A stretch of 64,000 bases of DNA, from the NCBI GenBank assembly GCA_964497315.1, contig CAZCCH010000007.1, positions 4,503-68,502 of the forward strand, read 5' to 3'. A program made the position numbers and the translations under genes. The notes below the pieces were generated by a model. It saw only the letters and a list, made by a program, of their open reading frames with translations, ran no database searches and was not told the DNA's origin. Below are positions 27,683 to 38,098 of this stretch, one piece after another. This DNA is from an uncultured Planctomycetia bacterium. Lineage in GTDB: Bacteria; Omnitrophota; Gorgyraeia; Taenaricolales; CAZCCH01. Position 1 is the first letter of the stretch. Every line of letters begins with the position of its first letter.

Positions 27683-27859
27683 ATGAAAAAGATGGCAGTA
27701 GCGTGTCTTGTTGTAGCAATACTTAGTTTTTTGGTCGCTGTGTTAAAATCAGGTGTGAATGTAAATGAACTTAGACCTAATGACTGGTTAAAAGTTGCCA
27801 ACACAATGGCATTTCTTAGTATAGCCATAGGTATTATAGCAACATTGAAAAAGAAGTAG
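27683..27859 (+). CDS. Small membrane protein (58 aa, two predicted TM helices)
   Basis: Not in the ORF track (under 60 aa). ATG 27683 to TAG 27857-27859. Translation MKKMAVACLVVAILSFLVAVLKSGVNVNELRPNDWLKVANTMAFLSIAIGIIATLKKK. Confidence 0.3.
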   Translation: MKKMAVACLVVAILSFLVAVLKSGVNVNELRPNDWLKVANTMAFLSIAIGIIATLKKK

Positions 27860-27891
27860 AGGTAAAAAACTTTTAAAGGGGTGGAAAGGTT

Positions 27892-29055
27892 TTGAAAAGC
27901 TTTCGAGCTTTATTGCAAAAACAAAGCAAATGCGCCTTTGTAATAATAATATTTTTGTCTATCGAAATGCTTTATTGCCCTCAGGCGAAGGCAGGCATAG
28001 AAATGGGTTCTTGTAAGCTTTATCCAAGCATCGAGGTAAAAGAGACTTATTACGATAATTATTATTTAAGCGCTACAGAGTGCAAAGAGGATTTTGTGAC
28101 AGTTGTTACACCTGAAGTTTATTTTGAAAGTACCGGGGGGGATGATGAATTCGGCTTTAGATATAAATTACCATTGACTTACTATGCATACCAGTTGCAT
28201 GAAGTTATCCACAAGCAGGAGGTTTCCACCTTTTTAAATTTAAAAGGCTCAAAACACTATTTAGAGTTAGAAGAAGACTTTAAAGAGGTTAATTATGTTA
28301 CTAGCTATGGCAGCGAACATTCTGAGTACAATGTAAATACTTTCACATCAATATTTGGCGCAGAATTTAACCACTTGGGCTATGAGTTAACTTGGAAAAA
28401 TACAGATTATGCACATGGAGATAGTCCTAACAGTGATTACACTAAGAATGCGTGGACTCTAACTGGTAGCTATCGCATATTGCCAAAGACAAAAACCTTG
28501 CTTGAATATACCTACGAAAGGCTAAGATACGATAGAAACTTAACAAATGATGGAGATTCCGACGAGTTTAAAATCGGCATTGAAGGTAATTTAACTGCAA
28601 AACTGACAGGAATTATAAAAGTAGGACGTGCAGGAAAAGACTATAAGGAGAAGAAAGACTGGGAAGGCGAGACTTTATATGTAAATTTGACAGAAGAGTT
28701 TTCACCTAGAACTTCACTGACATTGGCAATGCAACGGAGTACGGAAGTTTCTAGCTACACAACTGAGAATTACTATGAGACAAATAAGGTTTCTATTGAC
28801 CTCATACAGAAGATAACAGGTAAAACAGAAGCAGATATAGGTGTAACTTATAAGAAGGATGATTATCCTGAAGTTTCTGATGACACAGATCCAAGAGAAG
28901 ATGATTTTTGGCAGTTTGACATAGGACTTAGCTGGCCGGTGAGAAATTGGCTTGAGTCAGATATAACATATACATTCATGAAACGAAATTCAAGTAACGC
29001 TACTTACGACTATGAGAGTAATGTTACATCAATAGCATTCAAGGCAGATTTTTAA
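27892..29055 (+). CDS. Outer-membrane beta-barrel protein of the EPS locus
   Basis: Signal peptide ending AKA. Tyr/Thr-rich alternating strands. C-terminal SIAFKADF ends in F. Confidence 0.5.
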   Translation: MKSFRALLQKQSKCAFVIIIFLSIEMLYCPQAKAGIEMGSCKLYPSIEVKETYYDNYYLSATECKEDFVTVVTPEVYFESTGGDDEFGFRYKLPLTYYAYQLHEVIHKQEVSTFLNLKGSKHYLELEEDFKEVNYVTSYGSEHSEYNVNTFTSIFGAEFNHLGYELTWKNTDYAHGDSPNSDYTKNAWTLTGSYRILPKTKTLLEYTYERLRYDRNLTNDGDSDEFKIGIEGNLTAKLTGIIKVGRAGKDYKEKKDWEGETLYVNLTEEFSPRTSLTLAMQRSTEVSSYTTENYYETNKVSIDLIQKITGKTEADIGVTYKKDDYPEVSDDTDPREDDFWQFDIGLSWPVRNWLESDITYTFMKRNSSNATYDYESNVTSIAFKADF

Positions 29056-29069
29056 TTTAGAGTGTAGAT

Positions 29070-31688
29070 ATGATTTATAAAAAATTGAACTTAAAAACAG
29101 TAAGTTTTATTGTGACTTTTATGATTTTATGCCTGCAAGTTAATGCAATTGCCCTGGCGGCACAACAGGAAGATAGGATTTTTAAAAAGATAAAGACGTT
29201 AAAAGAAAATGAACAAACCTGCCAATTTGAAATAAATACACTAAAAGGCGATATCAAAAGAATAGAAACCTCCCTTGCTGAAATTGCACAGCAAGGACCA
29301 GATATATCTAAGTCTATTTCAGAAAAAGAAGTGGAACTTGTACAGGCCGAAGGATTATTGAAAGAATTACAGCTTGAACAAAAAGATTTATCCAAGATGC
29401 GCAAAGAGTTTGTTTCCGAGAAAAAAGAAGCTAATTCTCTGCGGCCTCAAGTAGAAAACTACGTTAGGAAGAAGAAAGCCCTACAAGAACTTTTATCAGA
29501 TAAGCAAGAAAGCATTAAAGAGTTACAAGCTTTATTGAAAGAAACCTTTAACAAAATAGATGAACTAGAAAAAGAAAAGGCTAAGCTTACCTTGCAAGAA
29601 GAAATGCAGGAGGAGTTAGACCCAGAGATGTTCAGGCTTCAGAGGGAAATGATGGTACTACAGGGAGAGCTTTCTAAGGTTGAACAGCAGAAGAAACAAG
29701 AAAGGGCAAAGATTTATAAGATAAAATCAGACCTTGCATTTTTTCAGAATGCCCTTGGGCAGATAGATGAAGGTTTTAACCAGCTGCAAAAAGAACAAGC
29801 CAAACTGGTAGGCCTTGAACATACAGCTTCAATTGCCCAAAAGCAAAAACAGATGTCTGAGGAGGCAAATAGGCTGGAGAGCCAAATAAAAATATATACT
29901 AAAAATTGCACTGTTGCCTATGAAGATTTAACCACAGCGCAAAATATACTAAAAGACTTAGAAGGAAAGTCCGAGGGTTTAGTTAAAGGGCTAAAGCAGA
30001 AGGTGGCAGGGTTTATCGAAAAAGAAGACAAAATCAGTGAGGATAAAAAAGAAACTATTGCTAAAAAGTGCAAAGGAATAGATAATAAAATAGCAAATTT
30101 TGAGAATAAAAAATTATCCACAGATAAAAGAATAAATAAACTAAAAGTTGAAATAACAGAACACAAAGAAGAAATTCTGACCTTAGAAAGAGAAATCACA
30201 AGTATTGGCCAAAAAGGTGTTTTTGAAAAACTGGATTCTCAAATTAAAAAGATTAAAAGACAGGAAGAGGCCACAGCCAAGTCCATAAATGATACAATTG
30301 AAAAAAGAGAATTGCTAAAAAAGGATTTATCACAATTAAAGCAGCTTCTTTCGCAAATATCCAAGAATGGGGAAGAAAAAAAGAAGCAGCTATCAAAAAA
30401 TATACCAAAGCTTTCCAAGATGGAGCAAAAGTATAAACAACTATGCTCCAAAATAGAAAGACTCAAAACTGAATTGGCAACTATTGATACAGCAAAATCT
30501 AAGGAGTTCAGCTCCTTGGAAGCTAAGCTCCGGGAGTCAAGTGAGGTTATTTCTATATTAGGAAAGCAGAAAGATCTTTTAGAAACAAAGATAGAAAAGC
30601 TCACTAAAAGAACTGCCTCTGTGAGTGGAGTGTCTATAAAGGCATTATCAGCGCAACCTTCCTCAGAAGTTAAAGAAACAACTACCGGCTATACAATATT
30701 ACCAAATGATGTGTTGGAAATTACTGTTTACGGTGCGCCGGATTTAACTACAACAGTAAGAGTAGCAGACGACGGTAGCATTTCATATCCGCTTTTAGGT
30801 AGGGTTAAAGTTATAAACCTAACACCTGCACAATTAGAAGAAATTTTAGCGCAAAAGCTAAGTGAGGGTTATATTGTAAATCCTCAAGTTAGCGTTTTTG
30901 TACAGAAGTTTGCCAAGATTACCATGTTAGGTGAAATAAATATCGCAGGGACTCTTGAATTAGAAGAACAGATGACAATCCTAGACGCAATTGCAAAGGC
31001 AGGCGGCTTTACCGATGCAGCTGATGTAGATGCGATAAGGATTATCAGAGTTGTAGATGGTAAGCCAGCAGCCATAAATATACGTATTACAGACATAACC
31101 AAGAAGGGTGATAGGAGTAAAAACATCCGCTTACTGCCACAAGATATAGTATATATGCCCAAATTGCCGGAAATCAATGTATTGGGAGAGGTGGGCATAC
31201 CGGGTACCTTCTCGTTAAAAGGTCAAATGACTATATTAGACGCCATAGCTAAAGCAGGAGGTTTTACTGATATGGCAAATATAGATACAACAAAGATTAT
31301 AAGAGTTATTGACGGCAAAGAGACCTCTATCAAAGTGAAAGTTACAGGCATAAGCAAAAATGGTGATGACAAAGCCGAAAATATTTGTTTGTTACCAGGA
31401 GATACAATACATGTATCTAAATTTGACAAAATTACTGTATTAGGAGAAGTGGAAGCCCCAGGTGTTTTTGATTTAAAAGAAAACATGACAGCCTTGGACG
31501 CAATTGCTCTAGCAGGAGGCTTTACTGATGAAGCCGCCCCAAATAGGACCAAGATTATTCGCGGAAGAGGTAAGGGTAAAAAATATATAAGAGCTAAGTT
31601 GCATGATGTACTTACAAAAGGCGACAGAACCAAAGATGCGCTATTGGAACCAGATGACATACTTTCTGTTCCCGAGAGCTTTTTTTAA
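29070..31688 (+). CDS. Polysaccharide export protein (Wza/KpsD/GumB family: Poly_export + three SLBB domains) with a ~500-aa N-terminal coiled-coil extension
   Basis: Poly_export-like YTILPNDVLEITVYGAPDL..DGSISYPLLGRVKV..NPQVSVFV. Three SLBB repeats of the form G.TLELEEQMTILDAIAKAGGFTD. Residues about 30-520 are Lys/Glu/Gln heptad-rich. Confidence 0.75.
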   Translation: MIYKKLNLKTVSFIVTFMILCLQVNAIALAAQQEDRIFKKIKTLKENEQTCQFEINTLKGDIKRIETSLAEIAQQGPDISKSISEKEVELVQAEGLLKELQLEQKDLSKMRKEFVSEKKEANSLRPQVENYVRKKKALQELLSDKQESIKELQALLKETFNKIDELEKEKAKLTLQEEMQEELDPEMFRLQREMMVLQGELSKVEQQKKQERAKIYKIKSDLAFFQNALGQIDEGFNQLQKEQAKLVGLEHTASIAQKQKQMSEEANRLESQIKIYTKNCTVAYEDLTTAQNILKDLEGKSEGLVKGLKQKVAGFIEKEDKISEDKKETIAKKCKGIDNKIANFENKKLSTDKRINKLKVEITEHKEEILTLEREITSIGQKGVFEKLDSQIKKIKRQEEATAKSINDTIEKRELLKKDLSQLKQLLSQISKNGEEKKKQLSKNIPKLSKMEQKYKQLCSKIERLKTELATIDTAKSKEFSSLEAKLRESSEVISILGKQKDLLETKIEKLTKRTASVSGVSIKALSAQPSSEVKETTTGYTILPNDVLEITVYGAPDLTTTVRVADDGSISYPLLGRVKVINLTPAQLEEILAQKLSEGYIVNPQVSVFVQKFAKITMLGEINIAGTLELEEQMTILDAIAKAGGFTDAADVDAIRIIRVVDGKPAAINIRITDITKKGDRSKNIRLLPQDIVYMPKLPEINVLGEVGIPGTFSLKGQMTILDAIAKAGGFTDMANIDTTKIIRVIDGKETSIKVKVTGISKNGDDKAENICLLPGDTIHVSKFDKITVLGEVEAPGVFDLKENMTALDAIALAGGFTDEAAPNRTKIIRGRGKGKKYIRAKLHDVLTKGDRTKDALLEPDDILSVPESFF

Positions 31689-31700
31689 TATAGGAGAAAG

Positions 31701-33539
31701 ATGTTACCTTCAAGCAAAAAGGAAGAATTTAATATAGCAGACTACTGGCAGGTTATCCAGAAAAGAAAATGGGTTATTATAGCTAGTTTTTTAACCTTTT
31801 TTACAATCGTTGCCATTTATACTTTCAGAATGGTTCCTATCTATAGAGCCACAGCTGTGATTTTAATAGAAAGGCAGCGTCCAAAGGTAGCGCCAGTACA
31901 GGGAATGTATAACGTTAGGCTGATAGATAGAGAGTTCTACCAAACCCAATATCGAATATTGAAATCTAGATCTTTGGTAAAATTGCTATTTGAAGAGTTG
32001 AATTTGTATATAGATCCCGAATTTGCTGATTTAGATGATTCTATAGGCAGCTTCCTTAACAGGGTAACAGTAGAACCAGTAAAAAAAAGCAAATTAGTAG
32101 ACTTGAGCTTTGACGGCCCTGATCCTAATAAGGTTACTAAGATAGTCAATACCTTAGCAGGGCAATACATAAAGCAGGATGTGGAAAATGCAGCCAAGGT
32201 TTCCAGAAGCGCGGTAGAATGGCTATTAGGCCAAGTAGATACTCTAAAGGAGAGAGTAAGAGAGTCGGAAGAGGCACTCCAGAAATTCAGGGAAGAACAA
32301 AAAATAGTTATTACGCCAGAGTCTGAAAGAGAAATGACTACATTGATAGAGGTTTTAAAGAAGAAAGAAGCGCAGCTAGTAATAGAACTATCAGAGTTCT
32401 CTGAGAAATATGGCAAGAAACATCCTAAGATGATTATGCTGGAATCGGAATTGACATCTGTGAGAGCGAAGTTGGATCTTGAAACCAAAAAAGCCATTAC
32501 TATAGGCCAGGCAGGTATACAATTTAATGTACTGCAACGTGAAATGGAAAGCAATAAGCGACTATATGAAGCTCTTCTGAAGAAAGCGAAAGAAACAGGA
32601 GTAACAGAAGAATTACAAGTTAGCCAGATTAGGATTGTGGATAAAGCAGAAATACCTAAAAGTCCTATAAAGCCTGATAGAAAAATGAACCTCGGATTAG
32701 GTGCTTTTATGGGACTTGCGTTAGGTATTGCTCTGGTTATGTTCCTGGAATACATGGATAATACACTTAAAAATCCAGAAGACGTAGAGCAATGTTTAGA
32801 ACTTCCATTTCTTGGGTATATTCCTTCTAGCAAAAAAGAGGCAAAGAATGTCAACAAAATAGATTTGCTAGTACATCAACAATCCAAATCTGTAGTTTCA
32901 GAAGCCTATAGAGCCATAAGGACTGCTATGATTTTTGCCTTTGCGGATAAATCTACCAAGAGTATATTGATTACTAGCGCAGGACCACAGGAAGGCAAAA
33001 CTACCGTCAGTATAAATTTGGCTACTATTATGACCCAGGCTGGAGATAAGGTGCTTTTGATTGATGCAGATATGCGGTGTCCAAGAGTGCATAAGAGTTT
33101 TGAACTTGATATCAACAATGGCCTGAGCGAAATTCTGGTAGGAAAGATAAGCTTGGATTCTGCCATAAAGAAGACAGAGATTCCGAACCTTAGCGTTATT
33201 ACCTGTGGTTCCATACCTCCAAACCCTGCTGAACTCTTGGGTACTCAGAAAATGAAGGACTTTCTAAATGAAGTAAGCAGTAAATTTGACAGGGTTATAT
33301 TTGATTCTCCTCCCATCATAACTGTTACAGACTCCTCCATATTGGCCAATATAGTAGATGGTGTTGCCTTTGTAATCCAAGGAGGAAAAACTGCTATCGA
33401 ACTCGCATTACGGGCGAAGCAGAGATTGCAGAATGCCAAAGCCAATGTATTAGGAATAATATTAAATAATGTAGACATGGCTAAAGAGAGCTACTATTAT
33501 TACTATTATTCCTACGGATCCGATACCAAAAAGACCTAA
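31701..33539 (+). CDS. Polysaccharide co-polymerase with C-terminal BY-kinase (Wzc/EpsB-type tyrosine autokinase)
   Basis: Two TMs flank a periplasmic coiled-coil Wzz-like domain. Walker A SAGPQEGKTTVSINLA, Walker A' VLLIDADMR, Walker B VIFDSPPI. C-terminal Tyr cluster YYYYYYSYGS. Confidence 0.85.
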   Translation: MLPSSKKEEFNIADYWQVIQKRKWVIIASFLTFFTIVAIYTFRMVPIYRATAVILIERQRPKVAPVQGMYNVRLIDREFYQTQYRILKSRSLVKLLFEELNLYIDPEFADLDDSIGSFLNRVTVEPVKKSKLVDLSFDGPDPNKVTKIVNTLAGQYIKQDVENAAKVSRSAVEWLLGQVDTLKERVRESEEALQKFREEQKIVITPESEREMTTLIEVLKKKEAQLVIELSEFSEKYGKKHPKMIMLESELTSVRAKLDLETKKAITIGQAGIQFNVLQREMESNKRLYEALLKKAKETGVTEELQVSQIRIVDKAEIPKSPIKPDRKMNLGLGAFMGLALGIALVMFLEYMDNTLKNPEDVEQCLELPFLGYIPSSKKEAKNVNKIDLLVHQQSKSVVSEAYRAIRTAMIFAFADKSTKSILITSAGPQEGKTTVSINLATIMTQAGDKVLLIDADMRCPRVHKSFELDINNGLSEILVGKISLDSAIKKTEIPNLSVITCGSIPPNPAELLGTQKMKDFLNEVSSKFDRVIFDSPPIITVTDSSILANIVDGVAFVIQGGKTAIELALRAKQRLQNAKANVLGIILNNVDMAKESYYYYYYSYGSDTKKT

Positions 33540-36004
33540 TGACCCTATCCATTGAGAATATTTGTAATTTTTTGATCCAATCTTCATTAATTTTCCTTAT
33601 AATTTTTCTACCACTTGCCTTTGGTGCAGTTGAGGTGTGGTCAATAACAATAATGGAGTTGTTTGTTTTGTTTACAGTTTCCCTCTGGTTTTTCAGGATG
33701 GTTAACCAGAGGAACGTACGTTTTTTTAATACCGCCTTAAATCTTCCGATATTCGTATTTATAGCCTTTTGCCTGTTAACCTTCAACTTGTCTGTTTATA
33801 AGTACGCTACCAAAGTGGAATTATCTAAGCTGCTAGCCTTTACAGCCGTTTTTCTCACTATAGTAAATAACATCCAGACAAGGAGAAGGATAAACCTAAT
33901 GGTTGGGTCTATAATTGTCAGTGGGTTTATAGTGGCAGTGCTGGGTTTGGTTGTTGGATATGGAGAAGCAGGGAAGATATATTGGTTGAAGAGTAATAGC
34001 GGAATAATAAGCTCTTTGGGTCTTTACGTAAATAGGAATAATTTTGCAGGACTTATGCTAATGACAATTCCACTGGCCATGGGAGCAATGTTGACTAATA
34101 CAGAGATGGTAAGGAAGTTTCTATATGGGTTTATGGCTATTGTTATGTCAACGGCGCTTTTTTTAAGCCGGTCCAGAAGTGGTATGATAAGTTTTTTGGC
34201 CTGCCTTTGTTTTATAACGTTAATGTCGAAAGCGTCAAAAACCCTCCGTAAGAAAAACATCGTGATTATAACGTGGATATTGCTTGGGATGCTTGCTATA
34301 GGATTGGCAGCAAAAAATGTGGTTGTAGAGCGCTTGACAACTATATTAAACCCAAAACAGGCCATATCTTTACGTTGGGATACTTGGAGTGACACAGCAA
34401 AGATGGTAAAGGATTTTCCTGTTTTTGGTACAGGACTGGGTACGTTCCCACACGTATTCCCGCAATATAAAACTATGAGGCGAGATGTGTTCTTTACACA
34501 TGCCGAAAATGAATACATTCAAATTTTATCAGAAACCGGCATTTTGGGGTTCTCATTATTTTTATGGATAGTTCTGGTATTTTTCAAAAAGGTATTTTAC
34601 GAGCCATTTTGGCCTTTTTCGCATAAAACAAGAAAGGATCCTTATGTGTTAGGTCTGGGCCTGGGATGCTTAACCAGTGTATTTGCATTGAGCATCCATA
34701 ACCTTATGCATTTCGATTTGCACATTCCCTCAAATGCCTTCGTGCTTACTTCCATTATGGGCCTGACGATAGCTATAATCTATAACCGGATATATGAAGG
34801 CAGGGAGAGCAGCTTGTTGACTGAAAAAAGGTGGAATATCCCAAAAGGAATACCTCAAAAAATAGGATATTTTTCAGTGGCAGTGTTTTTGATAAGTGCC
34901 ATTATTCCCATAGGCAGGTTTTACATAGCTGATAGTAATGCCAGAGAGGTTGAATGGCTTTTGGCAGATAGGGAAAGCATTGTAAGCTTAACTGACATTG
35001 AAAAGCTGAAATTGGCGGCATACCTGGAACCAGGTTGCAGCTTTTACCATTATCTTTTGGGCATAGCATACGAAAGGGCATTGCAGATAAATCCTCTTCC
35101 CTACGAAAAGGCCATTATGCAGGAACCAATGAATGCAAAATATCATTTGAGGCTGGCGTTAATTTATGAGAAATTGGCAAACGCCGGAAATGAAGAATAT
35201 TTCAGTAAGGCAGAAAAAGAATATGTGAAGGCTGCAAGCCTTAGAGAAAATGAAGCCATTTATCAATATTATGCGTCCCGCTCTCATTTAGAAAGAGGGC
35301 ACAAAGATAGAATGATAGAGCGAGTTAAGAAAATGATAGAGTTGAGCGAATACGAATATATGGTTCGTTTTATCTTTGACGCAATAAAAATTAATGAAGG
35401 ATACCTTGGTGCGGTAGCGGATATTATAAATAGCATAACGCCAGGCAGGGTAAGAATTACAGATGATGAGGTTACTATTTTGCTTGAGGATTTTGAGAGC
35501 ACAAATGGCACAGGAATGGTTAAGTGGGCTGGTAATGCGGACTATGAAGTTAGAGAGCATAAAAAAATAAATACAGTTTCGTTTAGAGGCGAGCAATCTG
35601 AAATGCTAAAAATCTGCTATAAAGAAAGAGGCCAGCGTGATTACTGGAGGATTTTTACGGTAGACATTCCTTTGCTGTCACAGAGAAGAGCGGGGTTAAG
35701 GTTTCACATTAACTGCGAGGGCAATTTTGAAGGAAGGATAGTAGCAAATGTTTGCTATAAGGATGCAGAAGGAGATGTTGTTCGAACAGCAACTTTTAAT
35801 TCTCAGCAGAGAAGAGAGCTCGCTGGCAATTGGCTGCAATTTGAGATTGACGATATATATGGCAGGGCAAACGAATATGCTATTTCTCAGGGTTTAGGAA
35901 TCAATAAAATGGCGGTCAACTTCGTAGGGATTGACACAAGGGGATATTCAGGATCTATGTATATAGATGAATTTGAATTTTTTATAGAGAGACAAAGTGA
36001 ATAA
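33539..36004 (+). CDS. Wzy/O-antigen-ligase-like polymerase domain fused to TPR region and C-terminal CBM-like beta-sandwich
   Basis: About 430 aa polytopic with the Wzy_C-type loop FLSRSRSGMISFLA. TPR-like YHYLLGIAYERA, LRLALIYEKLAN. C-terminal domain ..WLQFEIDDIYG..GSMYIDEFEFF. Confidence 0.65.
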   Translation: MTLSIENICNFLIQSSLIFLIIFLPLAFGAVEVWSITIMELFVLFTVSLWFFRMVNQRNVRFFNTALNLPIFVFIAFCLLTFNLSVYKYATKVELSKLLAFTAVFLTIVNNIQTRRRINLMVGSIIVSGFIVAVLGLVVGYGEAGKIYWLKSNSGIISSLGLYVNRNNFAGLMLMTIPLAMGAMLTNTEMVRKFLYGFMAIVMSTALFLSRSRSGMISFLACLCFITLMSKASKTLRKKNIVIITWILLGMLAIGLAAKNVVVERLTTILNPKQAISLRWDTWSDTAKMVKDFPVFGTGLGTFPHVFPQYKTMRRDVFFTHAENEYIQILSETGILGFSLFLWIVLVFFKKVFYEPFWPFSHKTRKDPYVLGLGLGCLTSVFALSIHNLMHFDLHIPSNAFVLTSIMGLTIAIIYNRIYEGRESSLLTEKRWNIPKGIPQKIGYFSVAVFLISAIIPIGRFYIADSNAREVEWLLADRESIVSLTDIEKLKLAAYLEPGCSFYHYLLGIAYERALQINPLPYEKAIMQEPMNAKYHLRLALIYEKLANAGNEEYFSKAEKEYVKAASLRENEAIYQYYASRSHLERGHKDRMIERVKKMIELSEYEYMVRFIFDAIKINEGYLGAVADIINSITPGRVRITDDEVTILLEDFESTNGTGMVKWAGNADYEVREHKKINTVSFRGEQSEMLKICYKERGQRDYWRIFTVDIPLLSQRRAGLRFHINCEGNFEGRIVANVCYKDAEGDVVRTATFNSQQRRELAGNWLQFEIDDIYGRANEYAISQGLGINKMAVNFVGIDTRGYSGSMYIDEFEFFIERQSE

Positions 36005-37376
36005 AATAGGTATCCCAATTTTTTTAATTTTAATTTGTATCCTCAGCCTCGGAATGCTGTTTACGGGAACTTCGGCAGAACATGCCCTATCTTTTGTTAT
36101 CACAGCATTAATTTGCATAATTTCCGGGTTGTTCCTTGCAGGCCGTTCCACCGGGGAGGAAAAAAAGTTTCTTGTTGGAATATTTATTTATGCATTTCTA
36201 TTGAGAGTATCTCTGGCCTTAATTTATTTTTTCTATTTAAAAGCACAAACCGGAGGAGGGTTTGTTCCCGGAGGAGACAGTGCGGTATATGATGCGGTTG
36301 GAGGATACATAGCACAGGCTTGGTCAGAGGGACGGCCATATCTTGGGCGCATAGGCAGCCACCCAGGTTATTATTATTTTTTGGGCTGCGCATACTTTCT
36401 CGGGGGACACCAGCCCTTAAATGCGATTATGCTCAATTGCCTTTTGGGGGCGCTCACATGTATCTATGCTTACAAAATCGCGAAGTTAATATACGATGAG
36501 AGAATAGCGAAAATTACAGCCAAACTGATATGCTTTTTCCCAAATCTAATATTTTGGTCTATTGTTATCTTAAAGGATATGCCTATAGTATTCTCCGTAA
36601 CTTTTATTATCTGGCAGGTTTTAAATTTAAATAATAGATTGAACTTGTCCCGAATTTTTTTAGTTTTTATTTTTGGTCTTTTTCTATTTCTATTCAGGAG
36701 AGTTACGGCAGCCTTTTTAATTTTACTTGTAATTAACCACCTAATATTTTCAAAAACGCAAAACTTTAAATTAAAACGGATATTGACTGCGATTATTGTT
36801 TTGGCCTGCCTGGGGATTGTATTTGGCCAATACGGCTATGGTTTTTTGGGAATAGATACCCTGCTTATTGCTCCAGAGAGAACAGAGAGAATCCAGAGCA
36901 GCTTGTATGCAATGGCCTCTTTTACTGAAAGAGAAAGTTCGTTGATTCTTGCCATTATGAACAAGCCTCTATATTTGAAAATACCGGCCAGTTTTGTATA
37001 TACCCTCATAATGCCGTTTCCGCCATGGAAAGTATTTGCAATTCCGGGAATTTTTGGGATAACAAAAGCGACTGCTTTGGGAAATTTAATATGGTATATA
37101 CTAATCCCGTTGACAATTATTGGCGTGCTTTATTCTTCCGGCCAGAAAAATAAAGATCATAGGCTTCTTTTGCACATGATATTTTTTATTATCATTGCTA
37201 TTTCAACGGCGTACCTGGGGGCTGGAGCCAGATATAGAGCTCAGGTCATGCCTTTGTGTTTAATTTTTACTGCAGTGGGATTGACCCAATACAAGAAATA
37301 CCGGTTTATTTCCCTTATTTATTACGCAACTTTTGGGGCTGGCGTCCTTCTCTATGCTTGCTTAAAGTATTTTTAA
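35997..37376 (+). CDS. Polytopic membrane protein, possible GT-C fold glycosyltransferase (GT39/GT83-like)
   Basis: At least 10 predicted TMs. First large loop GGDSAVYDAVGGYIAQAWSEGRPYLGRIGSHPGYYYF. No soluble domain. Confidence 0.35.
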   Translation: MNKIGIPIFLILICILSLGMLFTGTSAEHALSFVITALICIISGLFLAGRSTGEEKKFLVGIFIYAFLLRVSLALIYFFYLKAQTGGGFVPGGDSAVYDAVGGYIAQAWSEGRPYLGRIGSHPGYYYFLGCAYFLGGHQPLNAIMLNCLLGALTCIYAYKIAKLIYDERIAKITAKLICFFPNLIFWSIVILKDMPIVFSVTFIIWQVLNLNNRLNLSRIFLVFIFGLFLFLFRRVTAAFLILLVINHLIFSKTQNFKLKRILTAIIVLACLGIVFGQYGYGFLGIDTLLIAPERTERIQSSLYAMASFTERESSLILAIMNKPLYLKIPASFVYTLIMPFPPWKVFAIPGIFGITKATALGNLIWYILIPLTIIGVLYSSGQKNKDHRLLLHMIFFIIIAISTAYLGAGARYRAQVMPLCLIFTAVGLTQYKKYRFISLIYYATFGAGVLLYACLKYF

Positions 37377-37388
37377 GGAGATATTGGT

Positions 37389-38093
37389 TTGTCAAAGGTT
37401 TTTTATAAACCTAAAGTTATCAGAGCTGAGCAAATTCATTATGACGAAGCAGCAAAGCGGTACAGGGAGTCTGATGAAACCATAGATAATCAAGAGCAAT
37501 TTGATATTTTGCGCAATGAGAGCTTGTTACTTAACCCGGAAAACATTGTCTTGGATTTAGGTTGCGGCACAGGAAGATATTTTCATTGTTTGCCGGGGGT
37601 GCAGAGATTAATAGGAGTGGATTGTTCCGGAAGCATGTTGTTAGAGGCAAAAAATCCCTATATGCAGGAAGAAATAAAAGCCATGAAAATAGATTTAGTC
37701 AGGGCCGATATAAATAAACTTCCTTTCAAGAAAGATATTTTTAACTTCGCATATTCTATTGGTGTATTGGGGGAGCATGCTATTTTTGATAGTCATATAG
37801 CTAATGAAGTATACAGGGTTGCCAGGGTCGGCGCCAAATTTTTATTTACAACAAAACCAGTTCCAAAAAGGACTTTTATTCAAAAAATTAAACATTCTCT
37901 GGGAAATATATTGCGTTTGTTGTTAGCTTATTCGCTAAGTAAGAAGTTAGGTTTGAAGATATTTTTTGGCGCGTTTTATGCCGATGCTTCTAAGATAGAA
38001 AATACGCTAAAAAGAGCCGGATTTAAGACCCAGTATATTAAAGAGATATTGAAGGATATTCATTTGCACAATCTTACTTTAGCAGAGAAGTAA
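37389..38093 (+). CDS. Class I SAM-dependent methyltransferase
   Basis: Motif I VLDLGCGTGRY. Confidence 0.6.
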   Translation: MSKVFYKPKVIRAEQIHYDEAAKRYRESDETIDNQEQFDILRNESLLLNPENIVLDLGCGTGRYFHCLPGVQRLIGVDCSGSMLLEAKNPYMQEEIKAMKIDLVRADINKLPFKKDIFNFAYSIGVLGEHAIFDSHIANEVYRVARVGAKFLFTTKPVPKRTFIQKIKHSLGNILRLLLAYSLSKKLGLKIFFGAFYADASKIENTLKRAGFKTQYIKEILKDIHLHNLTLAEK

Positions 38094-38098
38094 ATAAG

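Noticed and set aside
31937-32857. 306-aa minus-strand ORF inside the Wzc-like gene (also 299..487, 1002..1226, 22759..23313, 24557..24919, 30884..31660, 34024..34518, 45282..45725 and similar antisense ORFs)
   Set aside because: They are embedded antisense to genes with strong conserved-domain signal. Their translations are low-complexity (Ser/Leu/Phe-rich) with no recognisable motif and no RBS, so they look like spurious shadow ORFs.
33480-33539. Poly-Tyr stretch YYYYYYSYGS, which looks like low-complexity junk
   Set aside because: It is the expected C-terminal tyrosine cluster of a BY-kinase (Wzc-type), so it is functional rather than anomalous.
36035-36292. 85-aa + strand ORF overlapping the start of the GT-C-like membrane protein gene in another frame
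   Set aside because: It sits fully inside a longer ORF that has coherent TM-helix periodicity, and its own translation is Arg/Cys-rich nonsense-like.
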